A DNA stretch of 64,000 bases, from the NCBI GenBank assembly GCA_964016885.1, contig OZ024740.1, positions 103,168,001 to 103,232,000 of the forward strand, read 5' to 3'. The DNA is from Eledone cirrhosa (Eukaryota). Position 1 is the stretch's first letter, and each line of letters begins with the position of its first letter. A program made the position numbers and the translations under genes. The notes below the pieces were generated by a model. It worked only from the letters and a program-made list of their open reading frames with translations. It ran no database searches and was not told where the DNA came from. Positions 12,566 through 24,999 of this stretch are shown in pieces.

Positions 12566-12689
12566 AACCGACCTTTCCCAATTGCACCTCTCAAGGGCAA
12601 TGACACACGACCATGACCTCTGGCATCATACAGTAATACAGAAGACCCGACTTTCCACAGGAACATATAGACAATATTTGTTTTCCTTT

Positions 12690-15600
12690 GTTTTTTTATG
12701 TCCTATCAACTAATCCGACCTCCAAAATGCTTGCAATTGACTATTTTTTTTAGCATATTAACAACAAATATGATTTTCACTGCAATTAAAAATGACTAGC
12801 TTTGTGAATGGTTTTTCCACCCACTTTCTGCCTTCATTTTTCTACATTGACGATAGGTTTCAAAGTTATATTCATTCATAATATGTGAAAAAAATAGTCA
12901 ACTGCGAGCATTGGTGTGATGTAAATAGTAGGAGTAGGTGTTCTGTAATAAATTTACCATATAGTGAAGTATGGTTATGGTGAATTTATGGTATGGATTG
13001 GGGTAGATTAATGTGCTGTGGTGTGCTTTGTTATAAGTGAGGATTTAAATTTCCACTTTGATTTATGTTTAAAAAAAATTTTTCCTTCATTTTTTAATGT
13101 GCTATCAACTTCCAAGAAGCTCGCAGTGGACTATGCTTTTAGCATATTAACAAAAAATATGACTCCGCTGCAATAAAAAATGGCTAGCTTTGTAAATGGT
13201 ATTTCCACCCACATCCTCCCTCTTTTTTCTACAAAGCTAGTCATTTTCATCACATTTCCATGTCATAACCATTGATAATATGTGCATAAAATAGTAATTT
13301 TCGAGCACCTTTTATGTCAAATTGGGTGGTAAGCTAAAAAAAAAAAAAAAATGCCAGATGAAAATTTGTCACACCAAAATCAATATCTTGGTGTGATGTA
13401 GTATGGTGTGGTTTGGTGAAGTTTCTACAAAGATAGTCATTTTCGACAGGTTTCGATGTCATAATTAGTGATTAGTGGAAAAGAAATAGTCAATTGGGAG
13501 TACCTTTAATGTCAGATTGAGGTGGTAAGCACACACAAAAAAAAAAAAGGAAACGGGAAGAAAATGTTTCACACCAAGATCAATAGCTTAGTGCGATGTA
13601 GTATGGTGTAACTTGGTATGGTGTGGTTTGGTTTGGTTTGGTGAAGTTATGAAATGGAAACCAATTGTAAACGATAGATTCCCATGTCATATTAATTGAT
13701 AATGTATGGGAAAATAGTCATTTGCAAGCACCTTTGATGTTAGTTTGAGGTGGTAACCACAAAAAAAAATAAAAAGCAGGAAGCAAATTTGTCACATTGA
13801 TCTCCATACCATGGTGTTATGTAAATGGTAGGAGTAGGTGTTCTGTAATAAATTTACCATATAGTGAAGTATGGTTATGGTGAATTTATGGTGTGGATTG
13901 GGGTAGATTAATGTGCTGTGGTGTGCTTTGTTATAAGTGAGGATTTAAATTTCCACTTTGATTTATGTTATAAAAAAATGTTTCATTCATTTTTGCATGT
14001 GCTATCAACTTCCAAGATGCTCGCAGTGGATTATGCTTTTAGCATATTAAGAAAAAATATGACTTCTGCTGCAATAAAAAATGACTAGCTTTGTAAATGG
14101 TATTTCCACCCACATCCTCCCTCTTTTTTCTACAAAGCTAGTCATTTTCATCAGGTTTCCATGTCATAACCATTGATAATATGTGCATAAAATAGTAATT
14201 TGCGAGCACCTTTTATGTCAAATTGGGTGGTAAAAACAAAAAAAAACAAAAAAATATGCCAGATGAAAATTTGTCACACCAAAATCAATATCTTGGTGTG
14301 ATGTAGTATGGTGTGGTTTGGTGAAGTTTCTACAAAGATAGTCATTTTCGACAGGTTTCGATGTCATAATTAGTGATAAGTGGGAAAAAAATAGTCAATT
14401 GGGAGCACCTTTAATGTCAGATTGGGTGGTAAGCACACACACACAAAAAAAAAAGGAAACGGGAAGAAAATGTTTCACAGCAAGATCAATAGCTTGCTGC
14501 GATGTAGTATGGTGTAACTTGGTATGGTGTGGTTTGGTTTGGTTTGGTGAAGTTATGAAATGGAAACCAATTGTAAACGATAGATTCCCATGTCATATTA
14601 ATTGATAATGTATAGGAAAATAGTCATTTCCAAGCACCTTTGATGTTAGTTTGAGGTGGTAACCACAAAAAAAATAAGAAGCAGGAAGCAAATTTGTCAC
14701 ATTGATCTCCATACCATGGTGTTATGTAAATGGTAGGAGTAGGTGTTCTGTAATAAATTTACCATATAGTGAAGTATGGTTATGGTGAATTTATGGTGTG
14801 GATTGGGGTAGATTAATGTGCTGTGGTGTGCTTTGTTATAAGTGAGGATTTAAATTTCCACTTTGATTTATGTTTAAAAAAATTTTTCATTCATTTTTTA
14901 ATGTGCTATCAACTTCCAAGAAGCTCGCAGTGGACTATGCTTTTAGCATATTAAGAAAAAATATGACTTCCGCTGCAATAAAAAATAACTAGCTTTGTAA
15001 ATAGTATTTCCACGCATATCCTCCCTCTTTTTTCTACAAAGCTAGTCATTTTCATCAGGTTTCCATGTCATAACCATTGATAATATGTGCATAAAATAGT
15101 AATTTTCGAGCACCTTTTATGTCAAATTGGGTGGTAAGCTAAAAAAAAAAAAAAAAATGCCAGATGAAAATTTGTCACACCAAAATCAATATCTTGGTGT
15201 GATGTAGTATGGTGTGGTTTGGTGAAGTTTCTACAAAGATAGTCATTTTCGACAGGTTTCGATGTCATAATTAGTGATAAGTGGAAAAAAATAGTCAATT
15301 GGGAGCACCTTTAATGTCAGATTGGGTGGTAAGCACACACACTAAAAAAAAAGGAAACGGGAAGAAAATGTTTCACACCAAGATCAATAGCTTGGTGCGA
15401 TGTAGTATGGTGTAACTTGGTATGGTATGGTGTGGTTTGGTTTGGTTTGGTGAAGTTATGAAATGGAAACCAATTGTAAACGATAGATTCCCATGTCATA
15501 TTAATTGATAATGTATGGGAAAATAGTCATTTGCAAGCACCTTTGATGTTAGTTTGAGGTGGTAACCACAAAAAAAAATAAAAAGCAGGAAGCAAATTTG

Positions 15601-17150
15601 TCACATTGATCTCCATACCATGGTGTTATGTAAATGGTAGGAGTAGGTGTTCTGTAATAAATTTACCATATAGTGAAGTATGGTTATGGTGAATTTATGG
15701 TGTGGATTGGGGTAGATTAATGTGCTGTGGTGTGCTTTGTTATAAGTGAGGATTTAAATTTCCACTTTGATTTATGTTATAAAAAAAATTTTCATTCATT
15801 TTTGCATGTGCTATCAACTTCCAAGATGCTCGCATAATATGCTTTTAACATATTAAGAAAAAATATGACTTCCGCTGCAATAAAAAATGACTAGCTTTGT
15901 AAATGGTATTTCCACCCACATCTTCCCTCTTTTTTCTACAAAGCTAGTCATTTTCATCAGGTTTCCATGTCATAACCATTGATAATATGTGCATAAAATA
16001 GTAATTTGCGAGCACCTTTGATGTCAGATTGGGTGGTAAGAACACACACAAAAAAAAAGAAACAGGAAGAACATTTTTCACACTGAGATCAAAAGCATGG
16101 TGAGATGTAGAATGGTGTAGTTTGTTGTGGTGTGGTTTTTATGATATGGGAACCTATTGCAAATGATAGGTTTCCATGTTATATACATTGATAATGTGTA
16201 AAAAAATAGTCATTTGTGAGCACCTTTGATATCAGATTGGGTGGTAAGCACACACACACACACACACACAGAAGAAAAAAAACAGGAAGAAAAATGTTCT
16301 CACTGAGATTAATAGCATGGTGTGATGTAGTATGGTGTAGTTTGATGTAGTTTAATGTGGTATGGTTTTCCAACCTCCAACATACTCACAGCCGACTATG
16401 CTTTTACCATCATCATTTTACGTCCACTTTTCCCTGCTTGCAAGGGTGGGACGGGAACTGATTCTGGCTTGATTTCTACAGCTGGATGCCCTTCCTAACA
16501 CCAACCTCATTTACAGTGAGTGCTGGGTGGTCTTTGCCGTGGCACCTCCACAACCACTTTGCAGTGGAATGATAGGGACACCAGTCCCTATCATCTCATT
16601 TCTACAGCTGATTAAACTGGAGCAATGTGAAATAAAGTGTCTTGCTCAAGGAAACAACAAACCACCTGGTCTGAGAATTGAACTCACAACCTTTCGATTG
16701 CAAAGCCAATGCTCTAACCACTAAGCCATGTGCCTCCATTACCATATTAACAACAAATATGACTTTCACTGCAATCAAAAATGACAAGCTTTGTGAATGG
16801 TATTTCCACCCACTTTCCGCCCTCTTTTTCTACAAAGCTAGTCATTTTCAATAGGTTTCAAAGTCTTCATTGATAATATGTGCAAACAATAGTTAATTGT
16901 GAACACTTTTAATGTCAGATTGGGTGGTAAGCACACACACACAAAAAGACAAAAAAAGCAGGAAGAAAATTTGTCACACTGAATTCAATAGCATGGTGTG
17001 ATGTAGTATGGTGTAGTTTGTTATGGTGTGGTTTGGTTTGGTGTAGTTTGGTATGGTTTAGTTTGGTGTAGTTATAACATGGAAACCTATCAGAAATTTA
17101 CCAAGGTATGGTATAATCTGGTTTGGTGTAGTGTAGGTTAGTGTGGTGTG
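12690..17150. repeat. ~900-bp satellite with internal ~200-bp subrepeats
   Basis: Marker gtaggagtaggtgttctgtaataaatttaccat recurs near 12928, 13828, 14733 and 15637. Internal subunits gcacctttaatgtcagattgggtggtaagc-(A)n recur. Degenerate at both ends. Confidence 0.92.
16409..16737 (-). mobile_element. SINE family A, full length, inserted in the satellite
   Basis: Full tRNA head and RTE-like tail; TSD tttaccat on both sides. Confidence 0.9.
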
Positions 17151-17239
17151 GTGTGTTATTGTGTTGCATCGTATAGCGTGATTCTCTTTAAATTAAAATC
17201 ATTAAAATGTAATGCCTATCTTCTATATCTTAAAGAGTG

Positions 17240-20200
17240 ACCTTAAATGTGATTGCAAATGACTTTTTTCTCTGGATTAATGTTAGATTTAGGGTTAGTG
17301 TTAGGGTAAGTTTTACTGTTAATGGTAAGTTTATTGTTAGTGACTGTGTTAGCATTACTGTCACTGTTAGTGTTACTGTAACTGTTACTCTTACAGTTAC
17401 TGTTTGCGTTACTGTCTGCATCAGCGTTAGCATTTGCATAAGCGTCTATGTAAGCTTTTGTGTTAGTGTCTATGTAGACTGGTGTTAGCATCTGCGTTAG
17501 TGTTTGGATTAGCCTCAGTGTTTGCGTAAGTGTCAGCATCTATGTCAGCATTTGCGTCAGCGTCTGCATTGGTGATAGTGATTGTGTCAGCATTTCCCTT
17601 AGCGTCTGAGTCAACATTAGTGTTAGCATTAGTGTTTGTTTCAGTGCCTACGTCTACGTCAGCTTCTGAGTCAGCATTATCATTAGCGTCCGCGTCAGCA
17701 CATGTGTCAGTGTCAGCGTTTGCATCAGGGTGCACGTCAGCATTTGCATTAGTGTTTGAGTCAGTGTTAGCATCAGCGTTTGCATTTGTGTAGGGGTTAG
17801 CATTTGCGTCGGCATCTGCATCAGCATTCACATTAGCATTAGCATTTGCGACAGCGTTTCCTTTAACGTCTTTGTCAACATTTCCGTTAGCTTCTACGTC
17901 AGCGTCTCCGACCGTGTCTGTGTCAGCGTCAGTATTTACATCTACATCAGCGTTAGCGTTTCAGTTAACATCAGTGTTTACGTTAGCGTCTGTGTCAGCG
18001 TTTACGTTAGCTTCTACGTCAGCGTTTCCGTAACGTCTACGTCAGCGTTTCCGTTAGCATTGGCGTTTCCATCAACCTTTCCTGTGGTGTCCGCATCATT
18101 GCAGCGTCTGCATATACCATGTAAGCGTTAACTTCAGCATTTGCGTCAGTGTTAGCGTTAGCCTTAGCCTTAGTGTCCGCATCAGCATTTGCGTTAGCGT
18201 CAGCATACACTTCAGCGCCGGCAAAACTGTCTCATCATTTGAGTCAGCGTTAGCTTGGCTTTGGCTTTAGCAATCCGCATCAGCAATTGCGTTTTGGAGA
18301 TCAGCTTCGACGGAAGGGTAAACGCTAACTTCTACGCCTGCTTCTACGTAACAACTACGTCAGAGTTTTGTTAGCTTCTACGTCAGCATCAACGTTAGCT
18401 TCTACGTCAGCGTCTACGTTAACATCTACGTCATCGTTTACGTTAGCTTCTACGTCAGCATCTACATTAGCTTCTACGTCAGCGCTTACATTAGTGTCTG
18501 TGTCAGCGTTTGTGCTAGCTTCTACGTCATTGTCTGTATTTACATCTACATCAGCGTCAGCGTTTACATTTGCGTCTGTGTCAGCGTTTACGTTGGCTTC
18601 TATGTCATCGTTTACGTTAGCGTCTGTGTCAACGTGTGTTAGCATCTGTGTCAGCGTTTATGTTAGCGTCTGCGTCAGTGTTTATATTAGCATCTGCGTC
18701 AGTGTTTACGTTAGCATCTGTGTTAACGTGTGTTAGCGTCTGTGTCAGCATCTGCGTCAGCATTTTCATTAGTGTTTGCATCAGTGTTTCCTTTAGCTTC
18801 TACGTCAATGTTTACGTCTGCGTTAAGGTTCACATTAGCATCGCTGTCATCATTTGCGTTTGCTTTAACATCTGCATCAACATTTGCGTCTGTGTTTGCA
18901 TTAGTGTCTGCATTTGCTTTAGTGTTTGCATCAGCGTAAGCATTTGTGTCAGTGTCCACGTCAGCGTTAGAGTCTGTGTAGCATTTACATCAGTGTGTGC
19001 GTCAGAGTCTTTGTCAGCATTCGCCTTTGAACCTGCATCAGTATTCACGTTAGTGTTTGTGTCAGCGTAAGTGATTGTGTCAACATTTGCGCTAGCGTTT
19101 GTGCCAGCATAGCCATCTTTGTCAGTGTCAGCTTTGGTGTTACTGTTTCCATTAGTGTTCGTGTTAGTGTTTGATTTTGCATTAGTGTTAGCATTTTTGT
19201 TAGTGTTAGTGTTAGTGTTCAGGTTAATGTTCGTGTTAATGTCAGTTTTAGTGTTAGTGTTTACGGTAGTGTTAGTGTTTTATTTTCTGTTAATGTTTGT
19301 GTTAGTGTTTCCATTAGTGTTAGTGCTAGTCTTTGTTTTTCTGTTAATGTTAGTGTTTGTTTTAGTGTTGAGGTTAATGTTAGCTTAGATTTCTGGTTAG
19401 TATCAGTTTTCGTGTTAGTTTTAGTGTTAGTGTTCAGGTTAGTGTTAGTGTTTTTTTTAGTGTTAGTTTTTATGGTAGTGTTAGTGCTACTGTTAGTACT
19501 CAGATCAGTGTTAGTGTTTGTGTTACTGTTTATGGTAGTGTTAGTTTTAGTGCTAGTGTTTAGGTTAATGTTAGTTTTAGTGTAAGTGTTCAGGTTAGTG
19601 TTAGTGTTCAAGTTATGTTAATGTTAGTTTTAGTGTTAAGGTTAGTGTTAGAGATTGTGTTAGTGTTTGTTTTTTGTGTTAATATTTGTGTTAGTATCTC
19701 TGTTAGCATTAGTGATTGATGTTTCCATTAGTGTTAGTGATTGTGTTAGCGTTAGTCTTTGTTTTTGTGTTAATGTTAGTATTAGTATTTCTGTTAGTGT
19801 TAGCATGAGTGTTTGTGTTAGTGTTCAGGTTAATGTTAGCTTAGTTTTCAGGTTAGTGTTAGTGTTCAAGTTAATGTTAGTTTTAGTGTTAGAGATTGTG
19901 TTAGTGTTTGCTTTTGTGTTAATATTTGTGTTAGTGTCTATGTTAGTGTTAGTTTTAGTGTTAGTGTTCAGGTTAATGTTAGTTTTAGTGTAAGTGTTCA
20001 GATTAGTGTTAGTGTTAGTTTTAGTGTTAGAGATTGTGTTAGTGTTAGTATTTGTTTTGTGTTAATATTTGTGTTAGTATCTCTGTTAGTGTTAGTTTTT
20101 GTGTTAGTGTTCAGGTTAATGTTAGTTTTAGTGTAAGTGTTCAGGTTAGTGTTAGTGTTCAAGTTAATGTTAGTGTTTGTTTTAGTGTTAGAGATTGTGT

Positions 20201-20750
20201 TAGTGTTAGTCTTTGTTTTTGTGTTAGTATCTCTGTTAGCATTAGTGTTTGATGTTTCCATTAGTGTTAGTGATTGTGTTAGCGTTAGTCTTTGTTTTTG
20301 AGTTAATGTTAGCATTAGTATTTCTGTTAGTGTTAGTATTAGTGTTTATGTTAGTGTTCAGGTTAATGTTAGCTTAGTTTTCAGGTTAGAGTTAGTGTTC
20401 AAGTTAATGTTAGTGTTAGTGTTGACGTTAGTGTTAGAGATTGTGTTAGTGTTTGTTTTAGTGTTGAAGTTAATGTTAGCTTAGTTTTCTGGTTAGTATC
20501 AGTTTTCAGATTAGTGTTAGTGCTCAGGTCAGTGTTAGTGTTTACGGTAGTGTTAGTTTTAGTGCTGGTGTTCAGGTTAGTGTTAGTGTTTGTGTTAGTT
20601 TTCTATTTAATGTTAGTTTTCAGATTTTGTGTTTGTGTTAGTTTTCATGTTAGCGCTAAGTTCACTGTTAGAGCATGTGTGAGTGCAAATGTTAGGGTAA
20701 GTGTTATTTTTAAAGTTCGGTTTTAGCTTAAAGTTAGGTTTTCTACTTTC
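17240..20750. repeat. Degenerate hexamer satellite (GCGTCA/GTCAGC grading into GTTAGT)
   Basis: 6-nt periodicity throughout; source of the ADAN/TNTN/VLVL ORFs. Confidence 0.9.
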
Positions 20751-21059
20751 CAGGAAAAAAGTTGATCCCCTCTAACTTGAGTGGTGTGATATAGTGTGGT
20801 AAAGTATAGTGTTTCATAGTCTTGTGTGGTGTTGTCTATTGTTGTATAGTGTAGTATGGTATATTGTTCCATAGCATGGTCTGATGTGAGGTCGTACAGT
20901 GTTTCGTAGTGTGGTGTTGGATAATGTGGTATGGTATAATGTTTGTCAGTGTGGTGTGGTATGGTATAGGTTGATGTAGTGTGGCTTAGTTTGATTATAA
21001 TAATACAAATAATAATAAGAATAAGAATAATAATAATAATAATTGTTCTTCTTGTTCAT

Positions 21060-21240
21060 TTTCTTTGTCTTCTTCTGTGCCTTTGTTTTCTTCTGTGCCT
21101 TTGACTGCTTCTGTGCCTTTGGCTTCTTCTGTGCCTTTGACTGCTTCTGTGCCTTTGACTTCTTCTGTGCCTTTGACTTCTTCTGTGCCTTTGACTGCTT
21201 CTGTGCCTTTGACTTCTTCTGTGCCTTTATCTTCTCCTCT
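21060..21240. repeat. 18-bp minisatellite (ttctgtgcctttgacttc)
   Basis: About 9-10 tandem units read directly. Confidence 0.92.
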
Positions 21241-22464
21241 GCCATCTAAATATCAAAAACAAAGAATGTAAAACATATATGTTGCCTATCTCTCAGACTT
21301 TACAAAGTGCTGAGGAGATAAAGTTAATTTAAAGAGCAGTGTGCTCATGCACTGTGATCCTATAATGTAGCTTATAAGCTATTTCATAACTAAAAAACAA
21401 TGTCAAACATCAACAAAAGTATATACAAATATCTTTGAATGTTTAAGTTAAACCTAAATAGATTGTATCTACAGGTCATTAGGTTAAGACTGAACTAAGA
21501 TCATATCTATAAATCATTAGGTTTAGACTGAACTGAGATCATACTTTCTTCTTCTTTTCGTCATCTTCGTTTCCCGTGTCTTCTTTGTCTTTGTTGTCAT
21601 TTTCATTTTAGTCATCTGCTTCGTCGTCTTTTTCTTCTTTTCCATCTAAATATAAAAAAAAAGTTGTAAACAAATATATAGCTGATCTCTCAGACTTTCA
21701 CGAAACACCAAGGAGATACAGTTAATATAACGAGTGGGGAGCTCATATATATATATGGTATAGCATGGTGTTATGTGGTCTGGTGTGGTACAACATGGTG
21801 TGATGTGGTGTGGTATGATATGGTGAGGCAGGGGATGGACACAACATTAGATTAATGTTAACAATACACATGTAGCATCCACATGTGATGAGAAGGGGGA
21901 AACAGTGTTTTCCTAATTTTAACATTACATGTAGCATCCATCTACAGGTGATTAAGTTAAGACTGAGGTGTAATCATATGAAAAGGTCAATTTAAAACTA
22001 CACTGAGATTCTGCTTAAAATGATGGTCAATGAAGTGTTTACTTACTCAGATCTTTTGAAGTAACTTTCTTTCTATAAATGTAACTGGACATACCTACGA
22101 AATAGAAAACAGTCGAATAGACAGTGGTGTGGTGTGGTGTAGTTTAGTGTAGTGGACAGTGGTATGGTATAGTGTAGTGGAGTGTGGTTTAGTGTAGTGG
22201 ACAGTGGTGTGGTGTAGTGGAGTGTGGTGGAGTGGAGTGTGGTTCAATGTAGGGTGGGGGATATGTTGTAGTGGAGTTGGGTAGCATGTGGTGTGATGGC
22301 ATGTGATGTGATGTGGCGTGGCGTGGTGAAATGTGATGTGATGTGATGAAATGTGGCGTGGCGTGGTGAAATGTGATGTGGCGTGGTGAAATGTGGTGTG
22401 GCGTGGTGAAATGAGGCGAGACGAGACTAGAGGAGACGAGACGTGGTGTGATGTGATGTGAAAT

Positions 22465-23490
22465 TTTTTCATCCTATTTTTCATGTGCTATCAACTAATC
22501 CAATCTCCAAGATGCTTGAAACTGACTCCCCCCCCCCCAGGAAAACGGCGGGGTGAGGTGGTTCCCCCTTCACCCGGATAACCCCTGCTTACTCGGAATT
22601 TTCTCTTTGATTCTATTTTCATGCGTTATCAGTGAATATGACTTCCAAACCAGTCAAAAACAACTAGCTTTGGAGAAAGAGGAGAGGGAGAGGGGAAGAG
22701 TTTTGCAGATCTACACCCCACTCACATGTGGGACTTAATCATTTTCGGTATATTTCCTGTGCTATTTCCTATGCTATTTCCTGTGCTATTTCCTGTGCTT
22801 TTTAATTAATCTGACCTCCTAGATGCTTCCAATCAACTTATTTCCCTGGGTTAGGTTTAGGGTTTAGTTTTAGGGTTGGGGTAAAGTTTAGGGTCTAGTT
22901 TTAGGGTTGGGTAAAGTTTAGGGTTTAGTTTTAGGTTTGGGGTAAAGTTTAGGGTTTAGTTTTAGGTTTGGGGTAAAGTTTAGGGTTTACTTTTAGGGTT
23001 GGGGTAATGTTTAGGGTTTAGTTTTATGGTTGGGGTATAGTTTAGGGTTTAGTTTAAGGGTTAGGGTAATGTTTATATTTAGATTTAGCTTGGTTTGATT
23101 TAGATTTAGAGTTTAGGGTTGGGGCTAGATTTAATTTTATGTTTAATTTAGTTTTAGTTTCCAAATCCCAGAAGAAGAAAAATTGATTCAGAACAACTAA
23201 AAGGTCAGTTGATAGCACTCAAAAGGAGACCGAAGAAAAATCATTAGGGTATATATCTACAAAACGACAATGGTTTTTCCACCTGCTTTACCCCTCCTTT
23301 TTTCTAGAACAACTAATCATTTCCAACTGGTTTGGAGGTCATATTCGTTGATAACATACGAAAAATCTTAGAGAAAACTCTGGGGTTAAATGAGAGAAAT
23401 GCATCCACCTAAGTTTTCCATGAAGAGAGAGTCAATAACAAACATCTTGGAGTTCGGATTAGTTGATAACACATGATAAAAAGATGAGGG
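22465..23490. repeat. Foldback-like unit: diverged ~270-bp inverted arms around a telomere-like array
   Basis: 22465-22735 is an inverted, diverged match to 23245-23490 (e.g. tcatgtgctatcaactaatcc..tccaagatg; aatatgacttccaaaccagt). Core 22848-23125 is a ~31-bp repeat of TTTAGGG/TTAGGG variants. Confidence 0.7.
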
Positions 23491-23494
23491 AAAA

Positions 23495-23910
23495 TGTTGG
23501 GTGTTATGTGGTGTGGAGTAGTGTGGTGTGTTTTTATGTGGAGTGGAGTAGTGTGGTGTGTTTTTATGTGGTGTGATGTAGTGTGGTGTGTTGTGTTGTG
23601 GTGTTATGTGGTGTGGAGTAGTGTGGTGTGTTTTTATGTGGTGTGATGTAGTGAGGTGTGTTTTTATGTGGTGTTATGTAGTGAGGTGTGTTTTTATGTG
23701 GTGTGATGTAGTGATGTGTGGTGTGTTGTGTTGTGGTGTTATGTGGTGTAGAGTAGTGACGTGTGTTGTAGTGAGGAGCAGTGTGTTGTGGTGTGTTTTT
23801 ATGTGGAGTGGAGTAGTGTGGTGTAGGGTTGTATGTTTTTATGTAGTGTGGTGCGGTGCACTGCGATGTGGTGTGGTGCAGTGTGGTGTTGTGCGGTATT
23901 GTGCAGTGAG
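23495..23910. repeat. (GTGTG/GTAGT)n pentamer-type low-complexity tract
   Basis: Direct reading; similar tracts at 20780-20990 and 22125-22460. Confidence 0.85.
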
Positions 23911-24284
23911 GTTCTTCATCTTTATCTTTCTCTTCTTCATCTTTGTATTCATCTTCTTTGTTTTGTCTTCCATCTAAACAAAAAAAATATATATATAAAA
24001 CATATATGTAGCCAATCTCTCAGACTTTTACAAAGCTCCAGGGAGATAAATTTAATATAAGTGGTGTGTTCCTGAACAGAGATACTACAAAATAGCTTAA
24101 AAGCTATATATATATACATATATATATATATAAATAAATATACACGGGTGTGTATGATTGTGTATAGAAGATTATATTAATAAAAGGAATTCCAACTTTG
24201 TCTGATTTACTCGTTTTATTTACAATCCTTTAAAATTATAATGGTATTAGAATGAAATAGTAAGGTAGAATATTAAGTGTTAAT

Positions 24285-24323
24285 TGAACAAGTAATTTCA
24301 TGCTTTCGCAATCTTCAGGTTCA
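24285..24323 (-). ncRNA. Minimal type-I hammerhead ribozyme (Penelope-associated)
   Basis: Minus strand: tgaac CTGAAGA t-tgc-gaaa-gca-t GAAA ttactt gttca. Stem I tgaac/gttca, stem II with GAAA loop, putative CUU cleavage triplet. Confidence 0.6.
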
Positions 24324-24999
24324 TATTCTGTGGTGACAGTCAAGTTTACAATTTTCAACTGTAATGAGATGGGTAAATTGTGTGCCTTGTGTACAGTGAA
24401 AAGCGGCTACAGAATGCTATATTTTGCAAACTGTATTTCGACCAATCGGTGTGTCACTGGATTACTGAAACTGATTGGTTTAGGCATCACGGTTGGTTGG
24501 GCATGTCTAACGACTTCTATTTGGCCCTATTCAAAGCATCAATTGTTTTGCTATTTTTAGAAATGATGAAAATAGCATTTTCTAGGGTTTTTATACCCCT
24601 AAGAATTATTATTGTTCATTTACAAATGAGCGCAGAAAGCAAAGAAGAAAATAGTGTTTAAGGAAGAGAAGACTCTAACATCAAAATATATATGTTTATG
24701 AAGTATTTTCTAATGGTAATAATATAATGTAATAAAGGAGATTAGTTAGGGTTTAAGTTTGTTTTTATGTATTGTGATGTGTGATATGTAAAAGTCAGAC
24801 GAGCACGAAAGGGAGAAAAATATAATGAACTGAGGAGGAATAACCTTACGTCAAAAAAATGTTTATGTTTACGCAGGATTTTTAAAGGTAATGCTATAAA
24901 GTATTTAAAAGGTAATAATAATTTTTATGGCCAATGATATGAAGAAAGATGGAAGAGTGGATATGTTGTGGTGAGTAATAATAAGAATTGAGAAGTAGT

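Noticed and set aside
17230-20726. Ala/Asp/Asn/Thr- or Val/Leu-rich ORFs
   Set aside because: They are translations of a hexamer satellite, open in many frames on both strands.
20946-21245. Histone H1-like KKSKAQ protein
   Set aside because: One frame of an 18-bp minisatellite. The ATG directly follows an acceptor-like TTTAG and there is no globular domain.
22848-23125. True telomere or chromosome end
   Set aside because: A short, degenerate, interstitial array flanked by inverted arms.
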